Source: Torpedo marmorata
Taxonomy: Eukaryota
Assembly (NCBI GenBank): GCA_977017645.1
Contig: OZ360236.1
Coordinates: 4,898,001-4,962,000, forward strand
DNA: 64,000 bases
Direction: 5' to 3'
Shown here: piece by piece, positions 1-11,890 of the stretch
Numbering within the stretch: position 1 is the stretch's first letter
How the letters are laid out: each line of letters starts with the position of its first letter
Made by a program: the position numbers and the translations under genes
Notes under the pieces: model-generated
Databases searched by the model: none
Told to the model about the DNA's origin: nothing
Seen by the model: the letters and a program-made list of their open reading frames with translations, nothing else

Positions 1-2248
1 TCCCATACTGCTTTGAATGGTTGTGGTTAGATGTCACTAAACCTGAGTTTTCGTTTTGTCAGACTGATGGCAATTTGTGTAAATTCCAATCTTGGGAGTG
101 ATTGCTTGCTGCAGTAAAGTTGACATTTCCGAAAACTACCTCCTGATGGGAGTTTTGTCATAGTCATGATGATCCCCAATAATTTGGAACTAGGTGCACT
201 AAAATATCACTGATTGAAGTATTGCAGCATAAACAGAATGTTGTAAAAACAGAATATTAATATCTTTTCAATGTTACCTCTTTGCAATTCCAGATCGACC
301 TGTTTAATTCTATGTGACTGCATTTTAGATTAGCTATACATGCAAAAAGAATACTCAGATTAACCTACCATGTACCTTCCTCTTATGTGGTAGAAACCCA
401 AGTCTGTCACCACTGCCACCTGAGGCAGGAGTTACAGGTACCTCTCCTGAAAAACATCATATCGGCTTGGAAATATATTACCCATAATCATTACTGGAAT
501 TTCTTGCCTAACAGTATTGGAATATATTGAATCTAAGGATTGTGGCTCCCCACCAATTTCTCGCAGACGTGCAGAGATGTTGGTCTTGTCCGTTAGATAC
601 GCATACTTTAAATTTAAAAAGTGCTTCTATAGTATAACTAACTTTCCTGTTAAGAATGTTATAAATCTGTTTATAAATGTATTGCCATGTAAATTAGTGC
701 AGAGAGAAGCTAAATGATATGGGATTGGTAAAATAACATTGAAATGTTGCAGGTTGGTCTGTATAAAAAGTTAATAAGTTAATATTTCAGATCCAGCACC
801 TCTTTCTATATTGCTTCTGAAAGAAAAAGATGAAAGAGCGATGCAAAAGACAAAGCTATTTTTTAAAAAGTAGTTAAAGCCAAAGTGTTAAAAAATAATC
901 AACAAAGGAAAATGGAAGCCACACATATTTCTGCAAGTTGAGAAGAAAGTCGATACACACGTAGACTTGTAGTTTTGTCCAGTTTTGAATATTGAATCTA
1001 GATTGTACCAAAATTGCTTTAAATTTGTCCATCATCATTAGATATTGCATTGTTACCCAAAACTTAAGGGACACACTAATATTTCTTTGTTTTGTAGCCT
1101 AAGGGTGGTGTCTGTCCCCTGAAGGATAATGGAGTTGAAACGGCATTGTAATTTTCCTGGATAGGTGCAGACCTTGTGCTTCGGCTTCTGGAGTATCCAT
1201 AGTGCATGTTACTGCTTTAAATGCCAATGATTGCAAATATCACAGTGAAATGGAAAAAATTAAGAGATGCAGCAGCTATTGGTTAAAAAGAGGGAGACAA
1301 AAAAGTATTAAAGAGAGTAAGATTGGAAACATCAGACTGAGTCATTTTTAAAGCTTTCTCCAACAAGTGTTCCCCCCCCCCCCCAGAGAGTGGAAATCTG
1401 TCAGTTTGGTTGTCACTTAAATTTAAGATACTAAATAAAATAGATCCAATCCAAAAAACTAGAGTGCTTCAGAAAAATGGCTCTAAACCTTTTGTCTCCC
1501 AACTGGAGTATACCAACAGTTTTGGGTAAACTTAGTTATGCCCTTTTCTGCTTATGGTTTGCCATTCAGGCTTCTCCTTTGGTTAATATTGTTTTTATGT
1601 AGTCAAAGGCACTTCATCTGTCTTGGTATGTATGCTTTCTTTTAGCATTTGTTGCATAATTGAAGTGCAGAATGGGAAGTTACAAGTAGAGATTGATAAC
1701 CTAGGATCAAGTCTGAAAATAATGGACAGAGAAAAAAAAGTTGCAAGCAGATCTGAAGCTAAATTGCAAATGGTACATCTTTGGATTCATCACTTTCATG
1801 TTGAGAAGAAACTAGAGCTCCAAGTAAACTTGTAAACTTAGCTGGCTGTGAAGATTCTAGTTAAATACTGGGTGTAAATTATTCACCAGTAGATTCTACT
1901 GTGCCCAATGTCAATGTATATAGCAGTAGTTATGTGGTAACTACTAGTTGCTTTGCTTCAGTAATGGACACAACAAGCTAATGTTCATGTACCCACTGTA
2001 AACTCTGGAGGCTGTAATCTAGTAACATCACAAGGCGGCTTTGTGGTAGTGAAATTGTATATCATAAGGATATGGGAAATGTGTTCAATGCCTTCAGTTT
2101 CCCAGACTTGATTATTCAACGAGCGAAAGGAAAACATTCTATTTTAAATTGACATTTAAAAGGCAAATTAAATTAATAATTGTGGTGTGATTGAAGAAGG
2201 TATGTAAAATGGTTATTGTATTGAAATGTTAAACTATTGTTGTTGCAG

Positions 2249-2471
2249 GCGAGTTTGAAACTTCCAACAGCTGGCCCTCACAAAAGTGAAGAATCAAATG
2301 CAATGGAAATGGCAGCCAGGAAATTGGTAGAATTAGTCCAAAAGAGCCCCCTGCCACCACTAAAGGAATCTGTACCGAGTACTGTTGCAGGGACATGGAC
2401 GATTGATCATAATTACAACGCTGTTAAACCAGAAAAGAATGTGATATCAACTTCCGTTTTTTACGAATCGT
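2249..2471 (+). CDS. DIDO1: DIDO1 internal coding exon (post-PHD linker, ASLKLPT...DHNYNAVKPEK...FYES)
   Basis: Acceptor ttgcag|GCG at 2248, donor T|gtatgt at 2472. The DHNYNAVKPEK motif is characteristic of DIDO1. Phase 0 to 1, compatible with the exon at 16378. Confidence 0.9.
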
Positions 2472-3787
2472 GTATGTATCATATAGTAATTTTCAACATT
2501 CGTTTTTCTCCTTTTGAAAAGCAAGTTCTCTCTAGACAGATATTGATCCCACTGAGTCAATGAAGAGATAAAAAGCTTTTCAGCACCCCATATGTACTCA
2601 GTGTTTTTGGGGCTTGTTTTTTTTCATATTTAATTTCCTCATTTCTGCTCCCTGACCAAACATTTTTTTCTTCTAGGATTTCTGTACTTTAGCATTATAT
2701 TCTAGTGCTTAATCAACAAATCCAGTAAGAAACCTACTTAAAGATCCATTAGCTGACAGTATGCAAAAGGTTTAGTTTAAATTGATATTTAGTTTTCTCT
2801 TTTGTCAGGCAGTACAATCCATTCTTTTCTCTAAGTTGTGCCGCTCATGTGCTTTTTGTTATCAGCAGACGTCCGCACACAATCACTTTGCATTCACCTA
2901 CTGAGGTTTCAGCATATTTATTAATTGCCTTTGAGGACAGGACCGGCCAGGTTTGTAATGAGAAGTTAAAAGTATACCATATCATTTGCTCAGTTTATAA
3001 CTGCTTGAATTTTTGTTCTCCAATTAACCTTTCATAGTAATGGGTGAAATTGTATTGGTAATTTGTTGAATGCTGTGAAAGAAATTCTCGTAGTCGGTGC
3101 ATTCGTATTTCTACTAAAGAACTGGTGAAAACATTTTTAGCTGCTGTAATATAGCAAGAAAGTTACTGATAAACAGGTTAGTATGAAACAACTTGTATAC
3201 AATGGAAACGATTGTATCTGACTGCTATGGAGCATCCCAGGCGACCAAGAGTGATTCTTCATGAGCCTTTGATGTGGAATAACCTGGCCTTTGTTGGACT
3301 CATGGTAAATGGCAAATAATGTGGCATTACATATCGTTATGTGCCATCACAACTAAGGTGTGCGGGTTACCCCCTTATCTACCTCTCATTTAGTCATTCA
3401 AACAACATTATAACCTCACACTCCATTTCAAATTCTCAAGTCATTTTAATCTGTAACACGCTTCTATTAAGTTTATCCACTTAAATTCATTATTTTGAAG
3501 CCAGGCTATGCAAGTAATTTAAAAAAAAAAACAAAACAAAGTATTGACCTTCTTTCATGGAGAAAGTGTGTGTATTACATTGCATGGTCAACTGCAGGTA
3601 AAGTCATTATATTATGCAGAGTGAGGTCAGAGGATATTTTCTCCACAGAGATGCTCTTCATTCGTGGAGGACCATCTTCATTTGATAAGAGGATATGTAG
3701 TCGCAAATTTAAATTAGGCATATCTTCAATTTTGCTTCACGTTACAGTTTTTATGACGGAAGCAGCTTTTGTACATGAGTCGCACAA

Positions 3788-3999
3788 GCTTGCAGATGCT
3801 GGAATCTGGAGCAAAAAACAATCCGCTGGAAGAACTCAACAGTCAAGCAGCATCAGTGGGAGCAAAGGAATGGCTGATATTTTGGGTTCGAACCCTCCAA
3901 GACTTGATGAAGAGTTCTGATCTGAAACATTGACCATTCTTTTCCTCCCACTGATGCTGATCAGCCTGCTGAGTTCCTCCAGCAGATTGTTTTTTGCTC
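3788..3999. mobile_element. Older Penelope-derived fold-back element
   Basis: Imperfect inverted arms gagcaaaaaacaatccgctgga.../...tccagcagattgttttttgctc, with central ttgatgaag...tctgaaac at 3904-3928. Confidence 0.75.
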
Positions 4000-4190
4000 T
4001 ATCTTTTGTATATGATGAATTACACATTCCTAAACCCTCCTTCTGGGCTTGCCAGTTTTGCTAATACAAAAGTAGCTCAGGGTATTTGGTGGGGGGAAAA
4101 AATCAGAATAATGTAATTATGATAACTTAACACGGATCTTCACAAAGTTGCTTCTGATTAGCCAAGTGTTATTCACAGTTGATCATTTGG

Positions 4191-4642
4191 AAGTAAAAAC
4201 ATAATGCTGGAGAAATTCAGTAGGTCAGTGTACTTTATGTAGCAAAGATAAAGATACATAACCAACGTTTCGGGCTTGAGCCCTTCATCAAGGTATGGAA
4301 AAATGTCGGCAGACACCCGAACAAAATGGTAGGGGGAGGAGCATGGTCCCAAAAGCAGGAGGTAACGGGTGGATGAGGGAGGGCACAGCGATAAGCAGGG
4401 GGAGGAGGGATGGCTCTGAATGGAGAGGGAAGGGGGTGGAGAGCTAAGGGAAAGAAGACAAGGGGAAAAGGGAGGGAGAATGGAGAGTAGGTTAGAAACC
4501 AGAGAAGTCTACGTTAATTCCATCCGGTTGGACAGTGCCCAGACGGAAAAATCAAGTGTTGTTCCTCCAATTTACGAGTGGTCTTGGTAGGATAGTGCAT
4601 AAGGCCATGGACAGACGCGAGTATGGGAGTGAGACACAGAAT
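4191..4642 (-). mobile_element. Penelope-like 3' terminal fragment
   Basis: Reverse complement matches about 55040-55500, including the hammerhead-like core at 4267-4291. Confidence 0.85.
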
Positions 4643-5383
4643 TTAAATAGTTTTCATTGGGAACCCTGGGTTGATCAGGAGAGTTGTTAGGTACGAAAAT
4701 TGCTTATCAGAGTCATTTATACTTCATACACTACTTGCATACTCTAAATGTTTAGCAGTGGTGGTTCTCATGAGTATCGTAAGTAAAATGTAAGAACATT
4801 TGAAATCCACAAGTTTAAAACTCCTGGTAAAGTTTAACAGAGAGCAGGTCACATATTGAATACTTGAATGTTTTTTTGGATATTAAATATATACAGAAAA
4901 GTCTCCTTTATGGAGAAAATTCAGTTTTACTTCTTGGGGAAGTTTGGAAAATTTGAGAAAATGCTACAGCAACTTGTCCAAAGAGTCCTGTTAGTATAAT
5001 AATCCATTGTGTCTAAGTCGCATTTGTGCTTTTGAGCCTGAATCTGTAAGCTTGAGCAGAAGTTGGCCAAAGTTGTGCCATTTTACAAATCTACTGCTGG
5101 AAGAAAAAGTAGAGGCACTCCAACAAAATGAACAAAACAGGATTTCTCAACTCTTGGATCTTGTGTGACATGTATGCTCTGATATCAATGATAGGATATT
5201 TTTTCATTCATGCAATCAGTAAGGTCATGGATGATTTCGAATTTGTACATTTTAAACAGTAGTCAACTATAAAAGTTGCAGTTACTCTCCTTTCATTACT
5301 TCTGAAATCTACATAATATTGTGAAATTGAAAAGGACCATGGACTACACTGAACCAGAATATTGTAACCCTTTCTGTGCGAAT

Positions 5384-5740
5384 GGGTGGCACAGTTGCAT
5401 TGCAGTAGTATCGCTACCTCACGGCTCCATAGACCTGGGTTTATTCCTGATCTCATAGACTGTCTTATGTTGAATTTGTACATTCTTCTTGTGACCGTGT
5501 GGATTTCCAACAACTGCTCTGATTGCCTTCCTCATTCCAAAGGTATGTGGGTAGGTTAATCAGTTCCATTAAATTATCCCTTAGAGTAAATAAATAGCAA
5601 AAATAGAATCGATAGAATTGATGATAGTGTGACACAAAATTGTGGGAGGACAACATGGAAGTAAGGAGAAGGGAACTGATGGGATTGGTGGGAGTTGGCA
5701 TGAACCCAATTAGGCCAAATGGTCATCTCCTATGCTATAA
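5384..5740 (+). mobile_element. Older tRNA-derived V-SINE
   Basis: gggtggcacagt head, tttgtacattcttcttgtgaccgtgtggatttcc V-domain and a CR1-like tail. Confidence 0.65.
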
Positions 5741-8246
5741 AAAGTGAATATACTTTGTTCTGAGCTTTTAGTTCGACATACATTGGAACATTTGCATCTT
5801 GGATGCAGCTTTATTAAATTAAAATATGCAAAAGCTCTTTGTCTTAAGCATTTTCCACTCTTAATTTCTCTTGTCATGATGGCCCTCTGCTGTGGTTCAC
5901 AACCTTGACATTAAATAGAAGGATGTTTCTTCAACTCTTAGACTAAGTTTAGCATTGGCAACTTTAGCAGGTGTTGCTCCTATGATTATGCAGTCATCAG
6001 AACCAGTGTTAAAACCTTAAAATATCGAGTAAGATTTTGTGTAAATTTTCAACATATTCATCAAAATACTGTTCAATTTGTGATGAGCCAATCATTAATG
6101 TCAGTGGATAATTTTAGCTTCCCACAATACAAGAATTAGAATTTAGGACAAACTACATATAGATGTCTACTGCTCACAATGTCATTCCTCACCATGTGCA
6201 CCACTGCTTTAGGAAATCAAGCTGAATTTAATCACTGCTTTACTCTCCCCAAAGTTGTACATCCTTTTAATTCAAACATTTATCTACATTTCCTTTGAAA
6301 CTGCAACAGTACCTGCTGCCTATGACAATTACATCCTGTTGCACTATTTCTTGATTCTTGATGATCTCTCTGAAGCTGGAAGAGAATAGTAACCAACTTG
6401 CCAGTTTAAATGAAGCCATGCTTCTATCCATAACTTTGGGTGGGTCTACCTCCATTACCTCAAATCTAATCTCAGCTCTTGTCTATCAATGATGTATTAA
6501 AGCAATATGTTCAAACACTTCCAATTCAAACAATAAATAGTGAAATCAATAAAAGTGACTGATTCAAGATTCTTGTCATGTAATAAAACATATACCGTAA
6601 TATTACACAAAATTGAATTTAGTCTGCCATAAGGCAGACAAAGATTTGCCATCAGCAGAAATTGCCCGGCGTCCCTTACAGTCAGAGAAAGAGAAGCAAA
6701 ACAGAGGCCTATTAGAGTCACTGAGTGTCCGTGGATTCCCCTCCAGCTTTTCTGCAACCGCACGGACTTCAGTCCAAACCATTGGCAACTCATGCTCTAG
6801 ATCCATAACCTTGGAGGCTGTTGGATTATCTCAAAATCACAAGAGATTTGATACTGTCATTAAGGTCTTTACTCTGCCTTGTACTTTGGCCCCAACCAAC
6901 CTGGTTATCTCTTAATTGCCCTTTGAAATGACGAGGCAGCTCTGAAATAGCCAGCAGACACCACTTCCTGACTGATTTTGAAAACACTCCTATTGTGCCA
7001 TCTTTCTGCCTGTTCTGCTGGATTCTTTGTCTTCCTGATATCTTAGTGTTTGCAAACCCTTTTGTTGCTTGTTTGCAAATGACTATGAATCAATTTGGAA
7101 TAATTGTGAATTCTAATCCTTTAGAAATGAGATAACTGAACAGTCAAATAACTAATCTTCCCTTTCCTATCGTTCTTGGTTTGAGAGTGGGTGCAGCTGT
7201 CAATTACCATTTCCTTGCCATTGTTAAAAGGTTGTCCAAGTTTCAACAAGTTGCATTCTCATAGCGCCATTACATTGTAAATGGTTCCACAGAGTTTCAC
7301 CAAAATATAAACAGTCAATAATGACTAGCTGTAGAAAGGTATTAAACGGGCTAAATATTAGAAGTGAAAACTAATAGATTAAATGTACCAGGGGTGTAGG
7401 TTAATTGGGTATAAATTGGGCAGCACGGATATGTGGCCGAATTGGCCTGTTACCGTGCTGTATGTTTAAAAAAAAATAAATTTTAATTTAAAATGTAAAC
7501 AGATGTGATTAAAATTGCCTTAAATGAAAAGTGAGACAGAGTTTTAAAGAAGTTTTTGAGCAAAGGGAGGCTATGTTGCTGAAGGCATAGAACATAGTGA
7601 GGAAGTAGTTACAAGGCTAGTCTTATTATTTTAGAAGTGCTGCGGAGGTGGGGGGGGGTGGTTACGTTGATATACAGTATAACAAATACAGTAACGTGAG
7701 GTCATGAAGGGAATAAATACTAAGAATGTAAATAATCAAAGCATAATGGGAACATACCACACTTGTTCAGAAAGTGAGCAAATGAGTTGTACCCAGCCTT
7801 CCAAAGAATATTCTTCAAACACGCTTGGTCCCTTTCTTGGGCAACACACTTGAAGCTGCACTTGTGGCCTTACTGTAGGGCCTGCAACTCCACGTCAGGG
7901 TGCTGGAATACTAACATGTACAGTTAGGTCTATTCTAACATAAAACTAATTTAACAAATTGGATTAGTAATACTTTAAAGTGAACATCTATTTTTATGGA
8001 ACATTCTTGCGTGTGAAAAATGAGGATTTGCATTCAAAATTTCTGCAATAATTTCTGCTTGTATTCACTGTTAAATATTAAGAACAGCTGTGTAGAAACT
8101 TGAGTACTTGTTTCACATAACTTGCAAAACATTTCCATGAAGTCTACACAAAGCTTAAGCAGCATATATTAACTTTTCTTCCAAAAAAAATCACAAAAGA
8201 AAGATTCATATAGTTTGTAACTGAACATTTTGTGTGAAAGAAAATC

Positions 8247-8476
8247 AAAAGAAACTACAGATGCTAACAATCTTAAATAAGAACAGAAAATACAGAAAAA
8301 CACTCAGCAGGTCAGGCAGCATCTTTGTAAAGAGAAGCTGTTTCTGTTCGGGGACCTGGCAAAGTTCTGGGATTCTGATGAAGGATCCTAGACCTGAAAC
8401 ATTGCCTTTTTTTTCCTCTTGCACCGGATGGCACCTAACTTGCTAGTCCTTAAAGCATTTTCTGCTTTTATTTCAC
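8247..8476. mobile_element. Older Penelope-derived fold-back element
   Basis: cagatgct...actcagcaggtcaggcagcatc arm, CTGATGAAGG...CCTGAAAC at 8375-8400, and a degenerate inverted arm. Confidence 0.7.
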
Positions 8477-8907
8477 CTTGCCCGGAAGCCGTTTTGAAAC
8501 GTCATTAAATCAGGCTTAATGAATGACTTTGAAGTTCATTGCAGCTGATGGTTCCTGAGTTATCTGTTGGGTGCGTTTAATATTTAATAATTCCAAACAC
8601 TTAAATAATGGCTTCAGAATAACTAGAAGATTGCTTTAAGGTCAGTTTCAAGTCAAGAAGCATCTCTAGAAAGCGAAACAGTTGATTTAACGGGCCTATG
8701 GCCTTTCATCAGAAGAAACCGGACCTCTAGCTCTTCAGTGCTACATTGGGGAAGTACTTCAAATTTCGCAGGTGACTCCCTTGCCATGTTCTCTGGCATC
8801 CCTGAAGAAATGAGCAGGTGAGATGTTCCTCCCCTGGGTATGTGCTTGTAGATTTCAGTATAATAAACAAAGTTTTTTATGTGTCAGCTGAAGACGTCGT
8901 TGTCTTA

Positions 8908-9181
8908 AATACAGAATATAACTTTACAGCACAGTGCAGGCCCTTTGGCCCACAATATGCTGACCTATAGATGCCTACCCAAATAAAAACTAAACCCTCC
9001 ATACCTCATAACCCTCTATTTTTCTTTCATCCTTGTGCTAGTCTAAGAGCTTCTTGAATGTTCCTATTGTTCCAGCCTCCACCACACCTGGCAATGCATT
9101 CCAGGCACCCACAACTCTCTGTATAATAAAAAAAAACTTTCCCCTGATGTCTCCCCTAAACTTTCCTCCCTTCACTTTGTA
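8908..9181 (-). mobile_element. CR1-like LINE 3' fragment
   Basis: cagcacagtgcaggccctttggccc tail and ccaccacacctggcaatgcattcc (antisense WNALP); near-copy at 51415-51672. Confidence 0.8.
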
Positions 9182-9223
9182 CAAAACAATCTACAAAGTG
9201 AAGGGAGGAAAGTTTAGGGGAGA
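9150..9223. repeat. Perfect 32-bp inverted repeat with a 10-nt loop
   Basis: tctcccctaaactttcctcccttcactttgta (9150-9181) and tacaaagtgaagggaggaaagtttaggggaga (9192-9223). Confidence 0.92.
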
Positions 9224-10179
9224 ATGTTTTGTCCTTCATTAAGGGATAGAGTTCTGTTTTCAATGTGGCAATGAATCAATAACCACTGCACTGAAATTGG
9301 CATAACCTGCCTGTCTGATGGGGTGCTGCAATCTGTCAATTAGTGATTTTAATCTTTATCAGTTTGAATCTCGTAATAAATAAGCACTTAAAGGGGTTGA
9401 TAAAATAGGCCATATTTATCATGGGTCAATGATTTTTAAAAATATTTATTAAATAATAGTAATCGTGGATAAGTTGATTGGTAACCTCTTACTGAACGAG
9501 ATTTAAATTCCCATTTTATTTCATAATTTGAACAATAAAAGCCACTCACTGATTTCTCTTTAATCAATTAGACCTGAATTTGCTCCTGTCTTTGGATGAA
9601 GTACTGTACTAACTGCTGACATGACTTGTGCCTTTTTGACAAAACTTTTGCCTTTTTGATAGAACATGCAATGGTTAGCACTTTTTGACTGAATCCAAAC
9701 TATTTTGTAAATTATATTTTGCCTAAGGCTTCCTGGGTGGTTGCAATTTTCCTGCACTTTACACTTGATTTAAAAAGTTGAAATATCAGATAAATGATTC
9801 AGTAATTCGTGATAATTCGGATTACCCATTGCATTGATTAAATTTTCCATGTACCTTGTATCTGTTGTACAATTACCTCTGTCAGAAGGGTTTGAGTTCA
9901 AACTCAATTTCTGAGAGATGTGCACATGAAGTAGAGGTTTGCCTTCCAAATCGGCTGCAAATTGAGATCCATTGTCTATAATGCAGGTGTGAAAGATCCC
10001 ACAACTGGTTCAAAGAAATAAAGTACTGGTAATTCACCCGAGGTCCTTGGCAATGAATGGACATCACTGAAAAAAAGATAATTGTTGTAACTTATTTTAC
10101 CTTTATTGGACTGCAAATTGGCTGCTGCATTTTCTGTCTTTCAGCGGGAACCACTCTTAAAAACAAAATGCAAGGAAAC

Positions 10180-11010
10180 TGGTGTAGATCACCTGGCTCC
10201 TAAATGTACCTAACCATTCAAAAGGATCATGGCTAATCTGCCCCAGGCTTCAACTATGTGCCAGTTCACCAATAAAAACTAATTTTCCAATCTTCCAAAA
10301 ATGCATCTGCCTCCCTTGAAATACTTCCAGTGTTCTCACCTCCACAACCTCCCCACGATGCAGAATTCCAGAGATTTTACACCCTCTGCAAGAAGTTACT
10401 GCACACCTTGGTTTTGAATGACTGCTCCTCATCTTGCAGCTATGTTTCCTTTTTCAAGACTATCCCACTAATGAAAACATCTCAACATCTACCATGTCAT
10501 GCCTGTTTATGATCGTGCATGTTTTCAATAAGGTAGCCCTTATTATTCTAAACAAAGAATAGTGATTCCACAACCCTCTCATCCCAGGAATTAGCCTAGT
10601 CATTCTCCTGGACTGCCTCCAATGCTCGTATTATTTTCTTTCTTCATAAGGGGATGGAACTACTCAATATTCTAGGTGTAACCTCATGAACGTGCTATAT
10701 AATTGTAACAATACTTTTCTCTTTTTAAACACTATCCCTGTTGCATTGAAGGACAAAATATCTGGCCTATAACTATTTGCTGCACCTGACTGCTAATCTT
10801 TTGTGATTCGTGCACTAGAATACCTAGATCCCTCAAAACTTCTCTTATTTACAGTCTCTCTTCATTGCCTTTTTGATTCCTCTGATCAAAGTTAATGATC
10901 TTGTACTTTTCCACTTTAAATTACATTGACCAGGTTCTCACCCACTAACTTTACCCATCTCTATCCAACTGCAATATATAAATATTGTCATCACAGCATG
11001 TCCTACTATC
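10180..11010 (-). mobile_element. Older CR1-like LINE fragment
   Basis: Antisense of the CR1 ORF2 C-terminus (cagaattccagagatt; actactcaatattctagg). Confidence 0.65.
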
Positions 11011-11536
11011 TCCTTCAGAAGTGCTTTGTTAACTAAAATGCTTTGAGACATTCCGTAGTCACAACTGTCAGGTGAATGAAAGTTAGTTCTTTCACTGAGG
11101 CTTTTCCCTAGCATTGGAAAAGATATTATTAAACATCTGGATATTCAAAAAAGCATTTCATTTCCAGAAGAACTTGGACATTGATAAATTGGATTGTAAT
11201 TCAGTCGGGATTTTATGATTAGCTGTTCCACTAGTAGCAGCTGTTGTGTCATGAAAGCAAAATGTAGTGCACAATTATTGTGAACATGATGTTTTTCTCT
11301 TGATTCTCGCAGAAGCATGCCACATATTGTACAGCAACAGTTTGCTTTAAAATGCTAGCACAGAGCAATAATCTGAATCCTGTCATCATCTGTGGAAACT
11401 GGACTCTTTCTGGTTTGGACCCACGAATACACAGTGTCAGGTGCAGGTATTTAAAATCTGACACGTCAGTATTTCTGACTCTGAAAATGTAAACATTGAG
11501 TCTGAAATACTTATTAGGGGAGAACTATATTTTCAG

Positions 11537-11890
11537 ATTATGAGAGGTATAGACAGAGTGGATGCGAGTAGGCTTTTTCCACTTAGATTGGGGGAGATAA
11601 ATACGAGGGGTCATAGTTTTAAGCTGAAAGGGGAAAGAAAGGTTTTGGGGGGAACAATAGGGGAAAGTTCTTCACTCAGAGAGTGGTGGGAGTGTGGAAT
11701 GAGTTGCCATCTGATGTGGTGAATGCTGGCTCGATCTTAAGTTTTAAGAATAAATTGGATAAATACATGGATGGGAGAGGTCTGGAGGGTTATGGAATGG
11801 AAGCAGGTCCATGGGACTAGCGGAATGATGGCCAGCACAGACTAGAAAGGCCGAATGGCCTGTTTTCTGTGCTGTAGCGTTCTATGATTC
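11537..11890 (+). mobile_element. CR1-like LINE 3' end
   Basis: MRGIDRVD...LFP...TRGHSFKL; tail ggccgaatggcctgttttctgtgctgta. Confidence 0.88.

Noticed and set aside
3495-3920. 141-aa ORF and the many other 60-140 aa intronic ORFs
   Set aside because: No recognisable domain or splice-phase support; they run through repeats or are expected by chance.
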